DNA of 52,415 nucleotides from an uncultured Bacteroidota bacterium (GTDB lineage: Bacteria; Bacteroidota; Bacteroidia; Chitinophagales; Chitinophagaceae). The notes beneath the pieces were generated by a model. It was not told the DNA's origin. It did no database searches and was given only the letters and a program-made list of their open reading frames with translations. Numbering within the stretch: position 1 is the first letter of the stretch; every line of letters begins with the position of its first letter. Of this stretch, positions 29,238 through 39,465 are shown piece by piece. The translations under genes and the position numbers were made by a program. The stretch lies in the NCBI GenBank assembly GCA_903899675.1, contig CAIUKP010000056.1, forward strand, positions 1-52,415. The letters run 5' to 3'.

Positions 29238-30110
29238 TCACACTCTTAATCCACGCATGTATCCCGCATCTGCTACCGCACTTTCTAAAGGATTGGTTCC
29301 GGTAAAAGCTTCTTGTTCGATAATAAACCGAGTTAACCCAGATTTAATGCCCGCTTTTAACACAGCGGGGAAATCGATACTGCCCTTTCCAATTTGCACA
29401 GACTCGTGCCCTTTATCAGTTTGCTTCAGGTCTTTTACATGACAAAGCTTAAACCGTCCGGGGTGTTTTTTAAACCATTTCATTGGATCTTCGCCGGCAG
29501 CTACTACCCAATAAATATCCATTTCAAAATCTACCAGGGCTTTGTCGCTTTCCTTCATCATCACTTCTTGTGGTACCTGGCCATCGATTGGTTTAAAAGA
29601 ATAATCGTGGTTGTGGTAAGCAAAGCGGATGCCATTTTTTTGACAAATCTCTCCGGCCTTATTAAACTCTTCTGCTGCTTTTTTAAATCCGTCGATAGAT
29701 TTCTGCGGACCCTTCCAGGGGCAAATCAAGTATTCCATGCCAATTTCAGCAGCTTCGGCAGCTTTTTGCTCAAAGTTTACCAGATGATTACAATGGCTGG
29801 AAATAATTTTCATGCCCAAATCATCCATATACTTTTTAAACTCAGTATGCTTCCATCCCCAAAACATTCCTTTGGGGCCTTCAAAACTTTCTATCTGATT
29901 GTATCCATAGGCCGACAACTTAGCCAGCGTATCTTTTGCATTTGCTCCTAAATCTTCTTTCACCGTCCACAACTGAATGCCAAATGGCAGAGCTGCGGCA
30001 CTTTCGGAAAATTGGGTGGCTTGGGCTGCTTTTGAAAGCAGGGGGAAACTCAAGCCGGCTGCTGCAGCCAACGTTGAATTTCTCATAAATGATCTTCTGT
30101 TAATGGACAT
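29238..30110 (-). CDS. Tat-exported sugar phosphate isomerase/epimerase (xylose isomerase-like TIM barrel; putative 3-keto-glycoside lyase)
   Basis: NRRSF Tat motif; YHNH, EMDIYW, HVKD and IIEQE metal motifs. Confidence 0.85.
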   Translation of the reverse strand: MSINRRSFMRNSTLAAAAGLSFPLLSKAAQATQFSESAAALPFGIQLWTVKEDLGANAKDTLAKLSAYGYNQIESFEGPKGMFWGWKHTEFKKYMDDLGMKIISSHCNHLVNFEQKAAEAAEIGMEYLICPWKGPQKSIDGFKKAAEEFNKAGEICQKNGIRFAYHNHDYSFKPIDGQVPQEVMMKESDKALVDFEMDIYWVVAAGEDPMKWFKKHPGRFKLCHVKDLKQTDKGHESVQIGKGSIDFPAVLKAGIKSGLTRFIIEQEAFTGTNPLESAVADAGYMRGLRV

Positions 30111-30162
30111 GTTTTCTTTTTTAAAAAATACGAAAAATTAATTGCCGATGCCTACAGCCCTT

Positions 30163-30729
30163 CTAAGTTGCCCAGGCCTTATCCCCTTTTTTATAAGGAA
30201 TACATCCCTCATATTTTCCGGGTACTGCCACATAACGCAAGGCCTTGGTTGCACCAATTTCCGACGTAAAGTAACCCCAGAGAGTTAATTCCTTCATCAT
30301 GCGGAAATAATGGGTGGGGTCTTCCGGCTTTTTCTTATCCTGGTATTCTTTCTGCTCTTTGTCAAGCGACACCAACATTTCGTGGCGCTGCTCAGGCGTG
30401 GCTTCCATAAAAGTGTGTCCACAGGATTTCTTACAAGCGTCCTGTAATTTTTTCATGCCCTCTTTAAAAATGGCTTGGTCTTTGCCTTCGTAACAATCCT
30501 TCACGATAACCGTCATAAAGTCGCCCACTTTTGCTTCTTTAGCTCCGGGTGAAGAAGTGGCCGGCAAAATGGTTTCCGCTACTTCATTTAAAAAACTAAT
30601 ATCGTCGGCTGAAAAACTAAGCGACAAATCAGCAGAGGGACTTTTACAGCCCGCCAAAAAAGCTTCTGCCCCCAAAAGCGTACCTCCTAATAACAGTGTT
30701 ACGCTGGATATGGCTTCTCTTCTATTCAT
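30163..30729 (-). CDS. Gluconate 2-dehydrogenase subunit 3 family protein (Tat hitch-hiker subunit, LacC-like)
   Basis: MNRREA, ETILP.T.SPGA, GYFTSEIG; directly downstream of the GMC gene. Confidence 0.88.
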   Translation of the reverse strand: MNRREAISSVTLLLGGTLLGAEAFLAGCKSPSADLSLSFSADDISFLNEVAETILPATSSPGAKEAKVGDFMTVIVKDCYEGKDQAIFKEGMKKLQDACKKSCGHTFMEATPEQRHEMLVSLDKEQKEYQDKKKPEDPTHYFRMMKELTLWGYFTSEIGATKALRYVAVPGKYEGCIPYKKGDKAWAT

Positions 30730-30752
30730 AATGATTAATTTATAAAGGGTGA

Positions 30753-32432
30753 TTACAGATTTTGTTTTTTCAATTCGGAAACTGCAAATTCAGCAGCACG
30801 GGCGGTGAATGCCATATAGGTTAACGATGGATTTACACAGGCGGCAGACGTCATAAACGAACCATCCGTTACAAACACATTAGGCGCATCCCATACCTGG
30901 TTGTTTTTATTTACCACCGAAGTTTTTGGATCTGCTCCCATGCGGGCTGTTCCCATTTCATGTATGCCACGACCTTGAATACCATTCGCATCATAGCCAT
31001 TGATATTTTTCACGCCCATAGCATCCAGCATTTCTTTGGCATCTTCCTGCATGTCTTTGCGCATCTTCAATTCATTCTCCTTCAATTCTGCATCAAACGA
31101 CAACACAGGCAATCCCCACTTATCTTTTTTGTTTTTATCCAACGTGATTTTGTTGGCATGATCGGGAATGATTTCTCCAAAGCCCATAATACCCATCGTC
31201 CACGAACCCGGTTCTGTAAGCGCATCCTTATAAGCACCGCCAATGCTCAATTCTGCTACTTCATGTCGATACCCCTCGCGACTGGCGCCCCCTTGGTAAC
31301 CAAATCCACGCAGATAATCGCGCTTGTCGCCAAACAAATTTCTAAATCGTGGAATATAAATACCATTGGCGCGTCTACCATAGTAATACTTGTCTTCATA
31401 CCCATCAACTTTTCCGCCAGCACCTACGCCCAGGTGGTGGTCCATAATATTATGACCGAGCTCACCACTTGAGCTTCCTAATCCTTCGGGCCAGATATCC
31501 GTTGCGGAATTCATGAGAATCCAAGCGCTATTAAATGTACTGGCATTCAGAAAAATAATCTTTGCATTATATACATAGGTCTGATTATTTTCTGCATCCA
31601 AAACTTCTACGCCGGTTGCTCTTTTTTTATCTTTATCGTACAATATTTTGGTAACAATCGACCAAGGACGCAATGTAAGGTTGCCGGTTTTTTGTGCTGC
31701 CGGTAACGTAGAAGATTGTGTGCTGAAATAGGCGCCGAACTGACATCCCAACCAGCATTTATTGCGGTACTGACAATTGGTGCGGCCTTCATGGGCTACG
31801 GTTAAATTAGCCGTTCTTCCAATAATCATCTGGCGGGCACCTTTATAATATTCCTTCAGCCTCTTGGAGGCATCTTTCTCTACGCAGGTCATATCCATCG
31901 GAGGTAAAAATTGTCCGTCGGGCAATTGTACCAATCCATCCCGATTACCACTGATGCCGGCAAATTTTTCTACATAATCATACCAGGGAGCGATATCCTT
32001 ATAGCGTACCGGCCAATCTACTGCAATTCCATCTTTGGCATTGGCTTCAAAATCAAAATCGCTCCAGCGATAGCTCTGGCGACCCCACATCAACGAACGA
32101 CCCCCTACATGATAACCGCGGAACCAGTCGTACCGCTTCTGTTCTGTATACGGACTTTCCTTTTCATTTACCCAATAATCGAGATTGGTTTCGTTCAGCG
32201 GATAATCGCGATCAAGCACCGGATAATCCTTAATCATTTCCTGGGTTTTTCTTCCACGGTGCGGGTAATCCCATGCCTCTTTATTGGCGTTCACATAATC
32301 TTTAATGTGCTCAATATTTCTGCCTCTTTCTAGCATCAATACTTTGAGCCCCTTTTCGGTTAGCTCTTTAGCAGCCCAGCCTCCGCTAATACCGGAGCCC
32401 ACCACAATTGCATCAAATGTTTGTTCAGCCAT
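30753..32432 (-). CDS. GMC family FAD oxidoreductase (glucoside 3-dehydrogenase catalytic subunit, LacA-like)
   Basis: VGSGISGGWAAKEL, GGRSLMWGRQ, CQYRNKCWLGC Fe-S motif, HEMGTARMG, NPSLT. Confidence 0.9.
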   Translation of the reverse strand: MAEQTFDAIVVGSGISGGWAAKELTEKGLKVLMLERGRNIEHIKDYVNANKEAWDYPHRGRKTQEMIKDYPVLDRDYPLNETNLDYWVNEKESPYTEQKRYDWFRGYHVGGRSLMWGRQSYRWSDFDFEANAKDGIAVDWPVRYKDIAPWYDYVEKFAGISGNRDGLVQLPDGQFLPPMDMTCVEKDASKRLKEYYKGARQMIIGRTANLTVAHEGRTNCQYRNKCWLGCQFGAYFSTQSSTLPAAQKTGNLTLRPWSIVTKILYDKDKKRATGVEVLDAENNQTYVYNAKIIFLNASTFNSAWILMNSATDIWPEGLGSSSGELGHNIMDHHLGVGAGGKVDGYEDKYYYGRRANGIYIPRFRNLFGDKRDYLRGFGYQGGASREGYRHEVAELSIGGAYKDALTEPGSWTMGIMGFGEIIPDHANKITLDKNKKDKWGLPVLSFDAELKENELKMRKDMQEDAKEMLDAMGVKNINGYDANGIQGRGIHEMGTARMGADPKTSVVNKNNQVWDAPNVFVTDGSFMTSAACVNPSLTYMAFTARAAEFAVSELKKQNL

Positions 32433-32467
32433 AGTTCGTATTTTATTATTTGATCGGGTTTAGTAGT

Positions 32468-33340
32468 TTATACATCACAAATCTGAATTGCTTTCTTTAA
32501 AGATCCCAACTTATCTGCACTTGCCGGAATAAATTCCTGTGCAACATATTGCTGAAAGCCGGTTGCCAAAATAGCTTTCATAATTGCCGGATAATACAAT
32601 TCCTGCGTCTCATCAATTTCGTGCCGTCCCGGAACACCTGCCGTATGATAGTGGCCGATATACGGATGATAGGTGCGGATGGTATGTATCACATCCCCCT
32701 CATCTATTTGCATGTGATAAATATCGTACAAGAGCTTAAAATTGGGTGATCCGATTCGCTTGCACAACTCAACACCCCAGGGAGTTTTATCGCACATATA
32801 ATCTTTATGATCTACCTTACTATTCAGCAACTCCATATGAATTACTACGCCTTTCTTTTCGGCGAGCGACATAATTTGTTTAAGGCCGTCGGCACAGTTT
32901 TGCAAACCCACTTCATCCTGCATTCCGTTGCGGCTGCCACTGAAGCAAATCAAATTAGTATATCCCGCGGCTGCTACTAGTTCTATGTGCTCGGTATAAT
33001 TTTTTATCAGTTGCGCATGGTATTGAGGATCATTCCAGCCTTTGGTTAAGCTGATTTCTGCGCCATTGCACATGGTAGATACCAGGTTATATTTTTTTAG
33101 CGTATCCCAATCTTTTGGCCCTACCAGATCGATGCCTACCAGCCCAATTTCTTTGGCAGTAGCACAAAGCACATCGAGCGGCGTATCGCTAAAACACCAG
33201 CGGCAAACCGAATGATGAATATTCCCTTTTAACATATGGGTAGATTGAGGAGCCGCATTTGCCTTAAGAAATGGAGCTGCTGCAACAGCCGCAGATCCGG
33301 CCAGCATATTTTGAATAACTTTTCTTCTGCTCGTTTTCAT
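32468..33340 (-). CDS. Tat-exported hydroxypyruvate isomerase-family TIM barrel protein
   Basis: SRRKV Tat motif; ELLNSKVDH, YDIYHMQ, HYHTAGVPGRHE, QEF. Confidence 0.85.
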   Translation of the reverse strand: MKTSRRKVIQNMLAGSAAVAAAPFLKANAAPQSTHMLKGNIHHSVCRWCFSDTPLDVLCATAKEIGLVGIDLVGPKDWDTLKKYNLVSTMCNGAEISLTKGWNDPQYHAQLIKNYTEHIELVAAAGYTNLICFSGSRNGMQDEVGLQNCADGLKQIMSLAEKKGVVIHMELLNSKVDHKDYMCDKTPWGVELCKRIGSPNFKLLYDIYHMQIDEGDVIHTIRTYHPYIGHYHTAGVPGRHEIDETQELYYPAIMKAILATGFQQYVAQEFIPASADKLGSLKKAIQICDV

Positions 33341-33353
33341 GAATCTATATTTA

Positions 33354-34598
33354 TCAGATAGCTGCCGTTGTTTTTTTGTTTCTCATGTAGAAAAACAACA
33401 GCGTAAATGCCCCTATCAATATCACTGGAATAATTAAGGTTACGTTCAGCACTTCGGGCCCTGCAAGCTTCTTGGCCTCATTCAACATTTCAGGCGTAGC
33501 CTGATTTACTGCTGTTCCTGCAGGTAGGTGGTTGCCTAGCAGACGATCGTAGTAACCCCCCATCAATAAAGTATACACCGAAACGGCAAACATCCCCGCG
33601 CCACCCAGTAGATTAAGCCCTACTGCCCCGGTTTCTGGCATATTTTCTGATACAAATCCCAACATGGTTGGCCAGAAATAACATACTCCCATACCAAAAA
33701 TCACCGCTCCCAAAAACAAAAGGTTCCCGTTGGTATGGCCCAACATATACAAACCAACTACAGATAAAATTGCCGACATCAGCAAAACACCGGTTGGAGA
33801 AAGTTTATGAACAACCGGCCCGGCCAATCCTCTGCCAATTACCATAATACCCTGTGTTACCGTTAACAACAAAATGGCATTGTCAGATACATTTTTTAAT
33901 AATACATTTACCCATTGTGCGGTAAATAACTCAGTAATGGCTGTTCCAAACATCAACACAATCATTACCAGGAAAAGCGGATTTAGCAAAGACTTATACA
34001 TCTTATAAGTAGAAATACCACTAGCCATTCGCTCCGTTACCGGGAAGGATAATTTGTTGAATAAATAGCCATATAGTAAGGTTGGGATAACCATCAGACC
34101 AACCTGCACCTGCCAGCCGATACCTGCTTTGTCTAAGAAAAATACAAGTAGGGTACCAATAACTATTCCCCCTGGGAACCAAAGATGAAAGTGATTCAGT
34201 TTGGTTGTTTTATCATCCGCGTAAATGGTTGATACCAGTGGGTTACATGCAGCTTCTACCGTACCATTCGCAATACCAATCAACAAAGTTGAAAAGAACA
34301 AAGTCCAGTATCCCGATGCAAATACGGTTAACAAAATTCCCAATAAATGAAATGAAAACGCTGCCAATAATAGTTTCTTCATCCCGATAATATCCACAAC
34401 CAACCCTCCAATTATCACAGCCAAAGGAAAGCCCAAAAAGGCAGTAGATGTAATTGTAGCTATTTCAGTAGAGCTTAAATTAAAATCTGATTTTAGTGAC
34501 TCCAAAATACCGGCGCGAATACCAAATGACAAGGAAGTTACCAGCAATGCCAGGCAACTGGCTACAAATAATTGATTACGTTGGGGAGTAGGTTGCAT
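33354..34598 (-). CDS. MFS transporter (putative sugar/keto-sugar permease)
   Basis: About 12 TM segments, G..VD.IG.K motif A, NGTVEAACNP; inside the glycoside locus. Confidence 0.88.
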   Translation of the reverse strand: MQPTPQRNQLFVASCLALLVTSLSFGIRAGILESLKSDFNLSSTEIATITSTAFLGFPLAVIIGGLVVDIIGMKKLLLAAFSFHLLGILLTVFASGYWTLFFSTLLIGIANGTVEAACNPLVSTIYADDKTTKLNHFHLWFPGGIVIGTLLVFFLDKAGIGWQVQVGLMVIPTLLYGYLFNKLSFPVTERMASGISTYKMYKSLLNPLFLVMIVLMFGTAITELFTAQWVNVLLKNVSDNAILLLTVTQGIMVIGRGLAGPVVHKLSPTGVLLMSAILSVVGLYMLGHTNGNLLFLGAVIFGMGVCYFWPTMLGFVSENMPETGAVGLNLLGGAGMFAVSVYTLLMGGYYDRLLGNHLPAGTAVNQATPEMLNEAKKLAGPEVLNVTLIIPVILIGAFTLLFFYMRNKKTTAAI

Positions 34599-34747
34599 AC
34601 TTTCATATGGTTAGTGAAAAAAACAATCGCGGGTTAAATATAATTTTTATTTTTATTCCCGCATCAATTATTCAGTGAAGAGGGTATTTTTACCGATGTA
34701 TGGTAGAATCACCATTTTCTTTATCTGATTGTATCAAATAACATAAT

Positions 34748-35914
34748 ATGAACCGAAAACTTAAAATGGGTATGATTGGCGGAGGATTAGACGCTTTTAT
34801 TGGTGCTATTCACCGCATGGCTGCCGGTATCGACGGACTGATTGAATTATCCTGCGGTGCCCTGAGTGCCGACCCCAACACGGCTATAGAATCCGGAAAA
34901 GCACTGATGCTGCCGGTAAACAGAACCTATACCAGCTATCAGGAGATGATTCAACAAGAGTCGCAACTGCCCGCAGAAGAAAGAATGGATTTTGTAACCA
35001 TCGTTACCCCCAACTTTGTTCACTTTGCCCCGGCGATGATGGCCTTGGAACATGGATTTCATGTGGTAATTGAAAAGCCCATCACTTTCACGCTCGATGA
35101 AGCCAAACAATTACAGCAAAAAGCAAAGGAAAAGGGCCTATTGCTTTGCCTTACCCATACATACTCGGGATACCCCATGGTAAAACAAGCCAAGGCAATG
35201 TGTAAGGATGGCGTATTTGGCAACATCAGAAAAATATGGGTTGAATACCCCCAGGGATGGTTGAGCCAACTTTCTGAGAAAGAAGGAAATGCCCAAGCCG
35301 CCTGGAGAACCGACCCCACCAAATCGGGTAAAGCCGGATGTATGGGAGATATCGGAACCCATGCAGCCCATCTGGCAGAATATATTTCGGGCCTTAAAAT
35401 CACCCACCTTTGCGCCGATTTAAACATTATGGTACCGGGCAGGGCCCTCGACGATGATGGCAATGTGCTGCTTAAATTTAATAACGGAGCAGCCGGCGTT
35501 TTAATGGCTTCGCAGGTAGCCGCCGGCGAAGAAAATGCCCTAAAAATAAGGATCTACGGAGAAAAAGGCGGTATTGAATGGGCCCAACAAGAACCCAATA
35601 CTCTCTTGGTAAAATGGCTGCACCAACCCACCCAAATATTAAGGGCGGGCGGCAATTTCGGTGATCGGCTGTCGAGCTATGCCGTAAAAAACTGTCGCAC
35701 CCCCGCCGGTCACCCCGAAGGATATCTCGAAGCTTTTGCCAATATCTACCGAAATTTCGCACTTACCCTTACAGCCCGAATAGAGGGAACCGAAGCCAGT
35801 GCCGAAGCCATGGACTTTCCCACAGCTGATGATGGCGTAAGGGGGATGGCATTTATAGACAATGTGGTGGCTTCCGGCGCTTCGAATGAAAAGTGGACGC
35901 CCTTCAATATATAA
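34748..35914 (+). CDS. Cytoplasmic Gfo/Idh/MocA oxidoreductase
   Basis: GMIGGG..AFIG..H, TPN..H, EKP, GDIGTH, GHPEGY. Confidence 0.9.
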   Translation: MNRKLKMGMIGGGLDAFIGAIHRMAAGIDGLIELSCGALSADPNTAIESGKALMLPVNRTYTSYQEMIQQESQLPAEERMDFVTIVTPNFVHFAPAMMALEHGFHVVIEKPITFTLDEAKQLQQKAKEKGLLLCLTHTYSGYPMVKQAKAMCKDGVFGNIRKIWVEYPQGWLSQLSEKEGNAQAAWRTDPTKSGKAGCMGDIGTHAAHLAEYISGLKITHLCADLNIMVPGRALDDDGNVLLKFNNGAAGVLMASQVAAGEENALKIRIYGEKGGIEWAQQEPNTLLVKWLHQPTQILRAGGNFGDRLSSYAVKNCRTPAGHPEGYLEAFANIYRNFALTLTARIEGTEASAEAMDFPTADDGVRGMAFIDNVVASGASNEKWTPFNI

Positions 35915-35941
35915 TTTGTTCAACCGTTAACCTTTTACACC

Positions 35942-36997
35942 ATGACTACCATCAAAGGACCTGCCATTTTTCTTGCGCAGTTTATGGGCGACCAGCCTCC
36001 GTTTAATTCTTTGCAAAGTATCTGCAAATGGGCTGCCTCACTAGGCTTTGTGGGCGTGCAGATTCCGTCTTGGGACAGCCGCTGCATCAACCTGCAACTG
36101 GCAGCCGAAAGCAAAACCTATGCGGATGAAGTAAAGGGTATCGTAGAAAGTGCCGGTTTACAAATCACCGAACTATCTACCCATCTGCAAGGACAATTGG
36201 TGGCTGTTAATCCTGCCTATGATGCCCTATTTGATGGCTTTGCCCCCGACGCTGTTAGAAATAATCCAAAGGCCCGCACCGAATGGGCAGTGCAACAACT
36301 GAAATATGCTGCACAAGCTTCACGCAATTTAGGTTTGGATGCCCATGCAACTTTTAGCGGTGCCCTGCTTTGGCATACGATTTACCCCTGGCCCCAGCGC
36401 CCTGCCGGACTGGTAGAAACTGGTTTTACCGAATTGGCCAATCGCTGGAAACCCATACTGGATGTGTTTGATGAGCACGGCGTGGATCTTTGTTACGAAA
36501 TACATCCCGGTGAAGACCTGCACGATGGAGTGAGTTATGAAATGTTTCTGGATAAAGTACATCAACACCCCCGCGCCTGCTTGTTATATGATCCTTCACA
36601 TTTTGTGTTACAGTGTTTGGATTATCTTGCCTATATAGACCATTATCATTCCCGCATCAAAATGTTTCACGTAAAAGATGCCGAATTTAATCCCACCGGA
36701 AAGCAAGGTGTTTATGGAGGCTATCAGGGCTGGGTAGAAAGAGCCGGACGATTCCGTTCGCTGGGGGATGGACAGGTAAACTTCAAATCTATTTTCAGCA
36801 AACTGGCTGCCTATGGCTACAAAGGATGGGCTGTACTCGAATGGGAATGTGCTATCAAACACCCCGAAGCCGGCGCTGCAGAAGGTGCACCCTTTATAAA
36901 AAATCATATTATCCGGGTAACCGAAAAAGCTTTTGACGACTTTGCCGGAACCGGCTCCGACGAACAATTTAATCGGAAGATTTTAGGAATAGATTGA
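35942..36997 (+). CDS. Sugar phosphate isomerase/epimerase (IolE-like TIM barrel)
   Basis: KGPAIFLAQF, EIHPGED, DPSH, HVKD, EWE. Confidence 0.88.
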   Translation: MTTIKGPAIFLAQFMGDQPPFNSLQSICKWAASLGFVGVQIPSWDSRCINLQLAAESKTYADEVKGIVESAGLQITELSTHLQGQLVAVNPAYDALFDGFAPDAVRNNPKARTEWAVQQLKYAAQASRNLGLDAHATFSGALLWHTIYPWPQRPAGLVETGFTELANRWKPILDVFDEHGVDLCYEIHPGEDLHDGVSYEMFLDKVHQHPRACLLYDPSHFVLQCLDYLAYIDHYHSRIKMFHVKDAEFNPTGKQGVYGGYQGWVERAGRFRSLGDGQVNFKSIFSKLAAYGYKGWAVLEWECAIKHPEAGAAEGAPFIKNHIIRVTEKAFDDFAGTGSDEQFNRKILGID

Positions 36998-37032
36998 TAT
37001 CTTTAATGCTCAACAATTATAAATTATTACCC

Positions 37033-37422
37033 GTGAAAAAAATTTCTATCGCTTTATTTGTCCTCCTGTTAGCAGGGGCCTGTAGCAGTGGTGGCGACAA
37101 AAAAGAAGCAGCCCCGGCACCTGCGAGCGCTGGATCTTCTCTCAGTAGCAACCCTGATTATCAAAAAGGATTGGAACTGATTGCCAAATCAGACTGCCTT
37201 ACCTGCCATAAAGTAGGCGAAAAGCTTATTGGACCTTCTTACAAAGATGTATCTGCGAAATACGAATCGAATGATGAAAACATTGCTCTGTTAGCCGGTA
37301 AAATCATCAAAGGTGGCCAGGGAGTGTGGGGACAAATACCCATGACAGCTCATCCGCAGTTGTCGGAAGCCGATGCCAAGCAAATGGTTAAATATATTTT
37401 ACTGCTGAAAACAGCTCAATAA
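37033..37422 (+). CDS. c-type cytochrome lipoprotein (c551/c552-like)
   Basis: Lipobox LAGAC after the GTG at 37033; CLTCH heme motif, GPSY, distal Met in IPM; start uncertain. Confidence 0.88.
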   Translation: MKKISIALFVLLLAGACSSGGDKKEAAPAPASAGSSLSSNPDYQKGLELIAKSDCLTCHKVGEKLIGPSYKDVSAKYESNDENIALLAGKIIKGGQGVWGQIPMTAHPQLSEADAKQMVKYILLLKTAQ

Positions 37423-37435
37423 AACCTCCCCCCCC

Positions 37436-38188
37436 ATGAAAGTATTGTTCATTGCCCCACTACTGGTTGCCGGAACTGCAGTTTGTATGCAGTTGGCTGC
37501 TATCGTTACTCCAACCGAATCCCATCAAGCCCAGGCGCATATTTCAAAGCCTGCCGCTAAAAAGTGGAAGTCGTTGTTTAATGGAAAAGATTTAACGGGC
37601 TGGCATACTTATGGAAAGTCTACCGTAAACCCTTCCTGGAAAGCAGTGAACGGAGAAATATTTCTCGACAGCAAAACTAAAACGGATGAAGAAAAAAGGA
37701 ATCCAGGCGATCTAATCACCAACGAGGAATTTGAAAATTTTCATCTCAAATTAGATTGGAAAGTGAGCAAGAATGGAAACAGCGGTATCATTTTCTGGTC
37801 GAATGAAGACACTGCAAAATTCAAAGAATCTTGGCATACAGGACCCGAAATGCAAATACTAGACAATGATGGTCATTCTGATGGGAAGATAGAAAAACAC
37901 CGTGCCGGCAATTTGTATGATATGATTGCGGGTAAAGAAGGCGTAGTAAAACCTTTCGGGGAATGGAATACAGCAGAAATTATAGCAGACCATGGGAAAC
38001 TTACTTTAAAGCTAAATGGAGAAGAGGTAGTAAATACTCGCTATGATGATGCAAACTGGAAAAATATGATTGCCGGCAGTAAGTTCAAAACCAAAAAAGA
38101 CTTTGGCACATTTACCAAAGGACACATCGTTTTACAAGACCATGGAAACGATGTATGGTTTAAAAATATTCAAATTATGGCTTTATAG
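37436..38188 (+). CDS. DUF1080 (3-keto-disaccharide hydrolase/hydratase) protein
   Basis: LFNGKDLTGW, NSG, EMQILD, GEWN, LQDHG. Confidence 0.9.
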   Translation: MKVLFIAPLLVAGTAVCMQLAAIVTPTESHQAQAHISKPAAKKWKSLFNGKDLTGWHTYGKSTVNPSWKAVNGEIFLDSKTKTDEEKRNPGDLITNEEFENFHLKLDWKVSKNGNSGIIFWSNEDTAKFKESWHTGPEMQILDNDGHSDGKIEKHRAGNLYDMIAGKEGVVKPFGEWNTAEIIADHGKLTLKLNGEEVVNTRYDDANWKNMIAGSKFKTKKDFGTFTKGHIVLQDHGNDVWFKNIQIMAL

Positions 38189-38249
38189 AAGGAGGCATAA
38201 CTTCTCATAAAAGATTTACAATTCTGTTTTAACTAGCTGATTTCACTTT

Positions 38250-38702
38250 ATGCAGTTATCCATTCCGGATGATCAATATTTTATGCAGCAGGCGCTGGTT
38301 CAGGCGCGTATGGCATTTGAAGCTGATGAAGTTCCGGTGGGTGCTGTTGTGGTTTTGCAGAATAGAATCATTGCTCGTGGACATAATCAGGTAGAGCAAC
38401 TCACTGATGCCACCGCCCATGCAGAAATGTTGGCAATTACCAGTGCCTTTCATGCGCTCGGCGCAAAATATTTGCCCGATGCAACCCTGTATGTAACCCT
38501 GGAACCCTGCCTGATGTGTTGTGGGGCCTTATTCTGGGGGAAAATTGGCCGAGTAGTATTTGGCGCTTCCGACCCAAAAAATGGCTTTAAATCGAAAACC
38601 GCTCCTCATTGGCCCCTTCATCCCAAAACCGAATTGGTAGGTGGGGTTTTAGAAGCAGAATGTGCTGCTTTAATGACTGCCTTTTTCAAAAACAAGCGAT
38701 AA
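38250..38702 (+). CDS. tadA: tRNA adenosine deaminase
   Basis: EVPVGAV, HAE and TLEPC.MC Zn motifs. Confidence 0.9.
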   Translation: MQLSIPDDQYFMQQALVQARMAFEADEVPVGAVVVLQNRIIARGHNQVEQLTDATAHAEMLAITSAFHALGAKYLPDATLYVTLEPCLMCCGALFWGKIGRVVFGASDPKNGFKSKTAPHWPLHPKTELVGGVLEAECAALMTAFFKNKR

Positions 38703-38769
38703 GGCAGTATTGATTATCGATTTTTGGAACAATTAACCCAGTAAAATGCCATTAATCGATTAACCCACC

Positions 38770-38777
38770 TAATTTTG
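38770..38777 (+). promoter_or_regulatory. -7 promoter element for sod
   Basis: TAATTTTG 24 nt upstream of the ATG at 38802. Confidence 0.55.
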
Positions 38778-38801
38778 CTACATCATTAAAATCATACTTG
38801 T

Positions 38802-39407
38802 ATGTCATTCACACTTGCACCCCTTCCATATGCACACGAAGCACTCGAGCCGCATATCGACACGCTTACCATGCAAATTCATCATGGAAAACACCACCAG
38901 GCCTATGTAGATAATTTAAACAAAGCCCTGGCCGGAACTCCTAATGAAGGAAAAACGCTGGCTGAAATTGTAGCCATCGCCGGAAGTATTGGTGCACCCG
39001 TTCGCAACAATGGAGGCGGACATTGGAACCATACGTTTTTCTGGGAAAGCCTAGCCCCCAATGCCGGCGGTACTGCTTCTGGAAAACTGGGAGATGCCAT
39101 TACTGCTGCTTTCGGATCGTTTGATGCCTTTAAAGAAAAAATGGCTGCTGCGGGTATGACTCGTTTTGGCAGCGGATGGGCCTGGTTAATTGTAAAAGAT
39201 GGTAAACTGGAAATCTGTTCTACCCCTAATCAGGATAATCCGTTGATGGATATCGCAGAAGTAAAAGGAACTCCGATATTAGGGGTGGATGTTTGGGAGC
39301 ATGCTTATTATCTCAAATACCAAAATCGCCGCGCTGATTATCTGGCTGCTTTTTGGAATGTGGTTAACTGGACAAAAGTTACCGAGCGTTTCGAAGCCGC
39401 TCATTAA
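38802..39407 (+). CDS. sodA: Superoxide dismutase (Mn/Fe family, Mn-type signature)
   Basis: [25 protein letters not shown]. Confidence 0.93.
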   Translation: MSFTLAPLPYAHEALEPHIDTLTMQIHHGKHHQAYVDNLNKALAGTPNEGKTLAEIVAIAGSIGAPVRNNGGGHWNHTFFWESLAPNAGGTASGKLGDAITAAFGSFDAFKEKMAAAGMTRFGSGWAWLIVKDGKLEICSTPNQDNPLMDIAEVKGTPILGVDVWEHAYYLKYQNRRADYLAAFWNVVNWTKVTERFEAAH

Positions 39408-39423
39408 AATATCATAGAACAAG

Positions 39424-39454
39424 GGCTGCTGAAAATAACTCAGCAGCCTTTTTT
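39424..39454 (+). terminator. Intrinsic terminator after sod
   Basis: GGCTGCTGA-AAATAAC-TCAGCAGCC followed by TTTTTT. Confidence 0.85.
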
Positions 39455-39465
39455 AATTATTACAC

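Noticed and set aside
29394-31472. Plus-strand ORFs of 185 aa (29394..29951) and 170 aa (30960..31472)
   Set aside because: Antisense shadows of the TIM-barrel and GMC genes; F/I/H-rich composition with no recognisable domain
34629-34662. GCGGG...CCCGC inverted repeat in the divergent MFS/oxidoreductase intergenic region
   Set aside because: Only 5 bp match cleanly around an AT-rich spacer; too weak to call an operator
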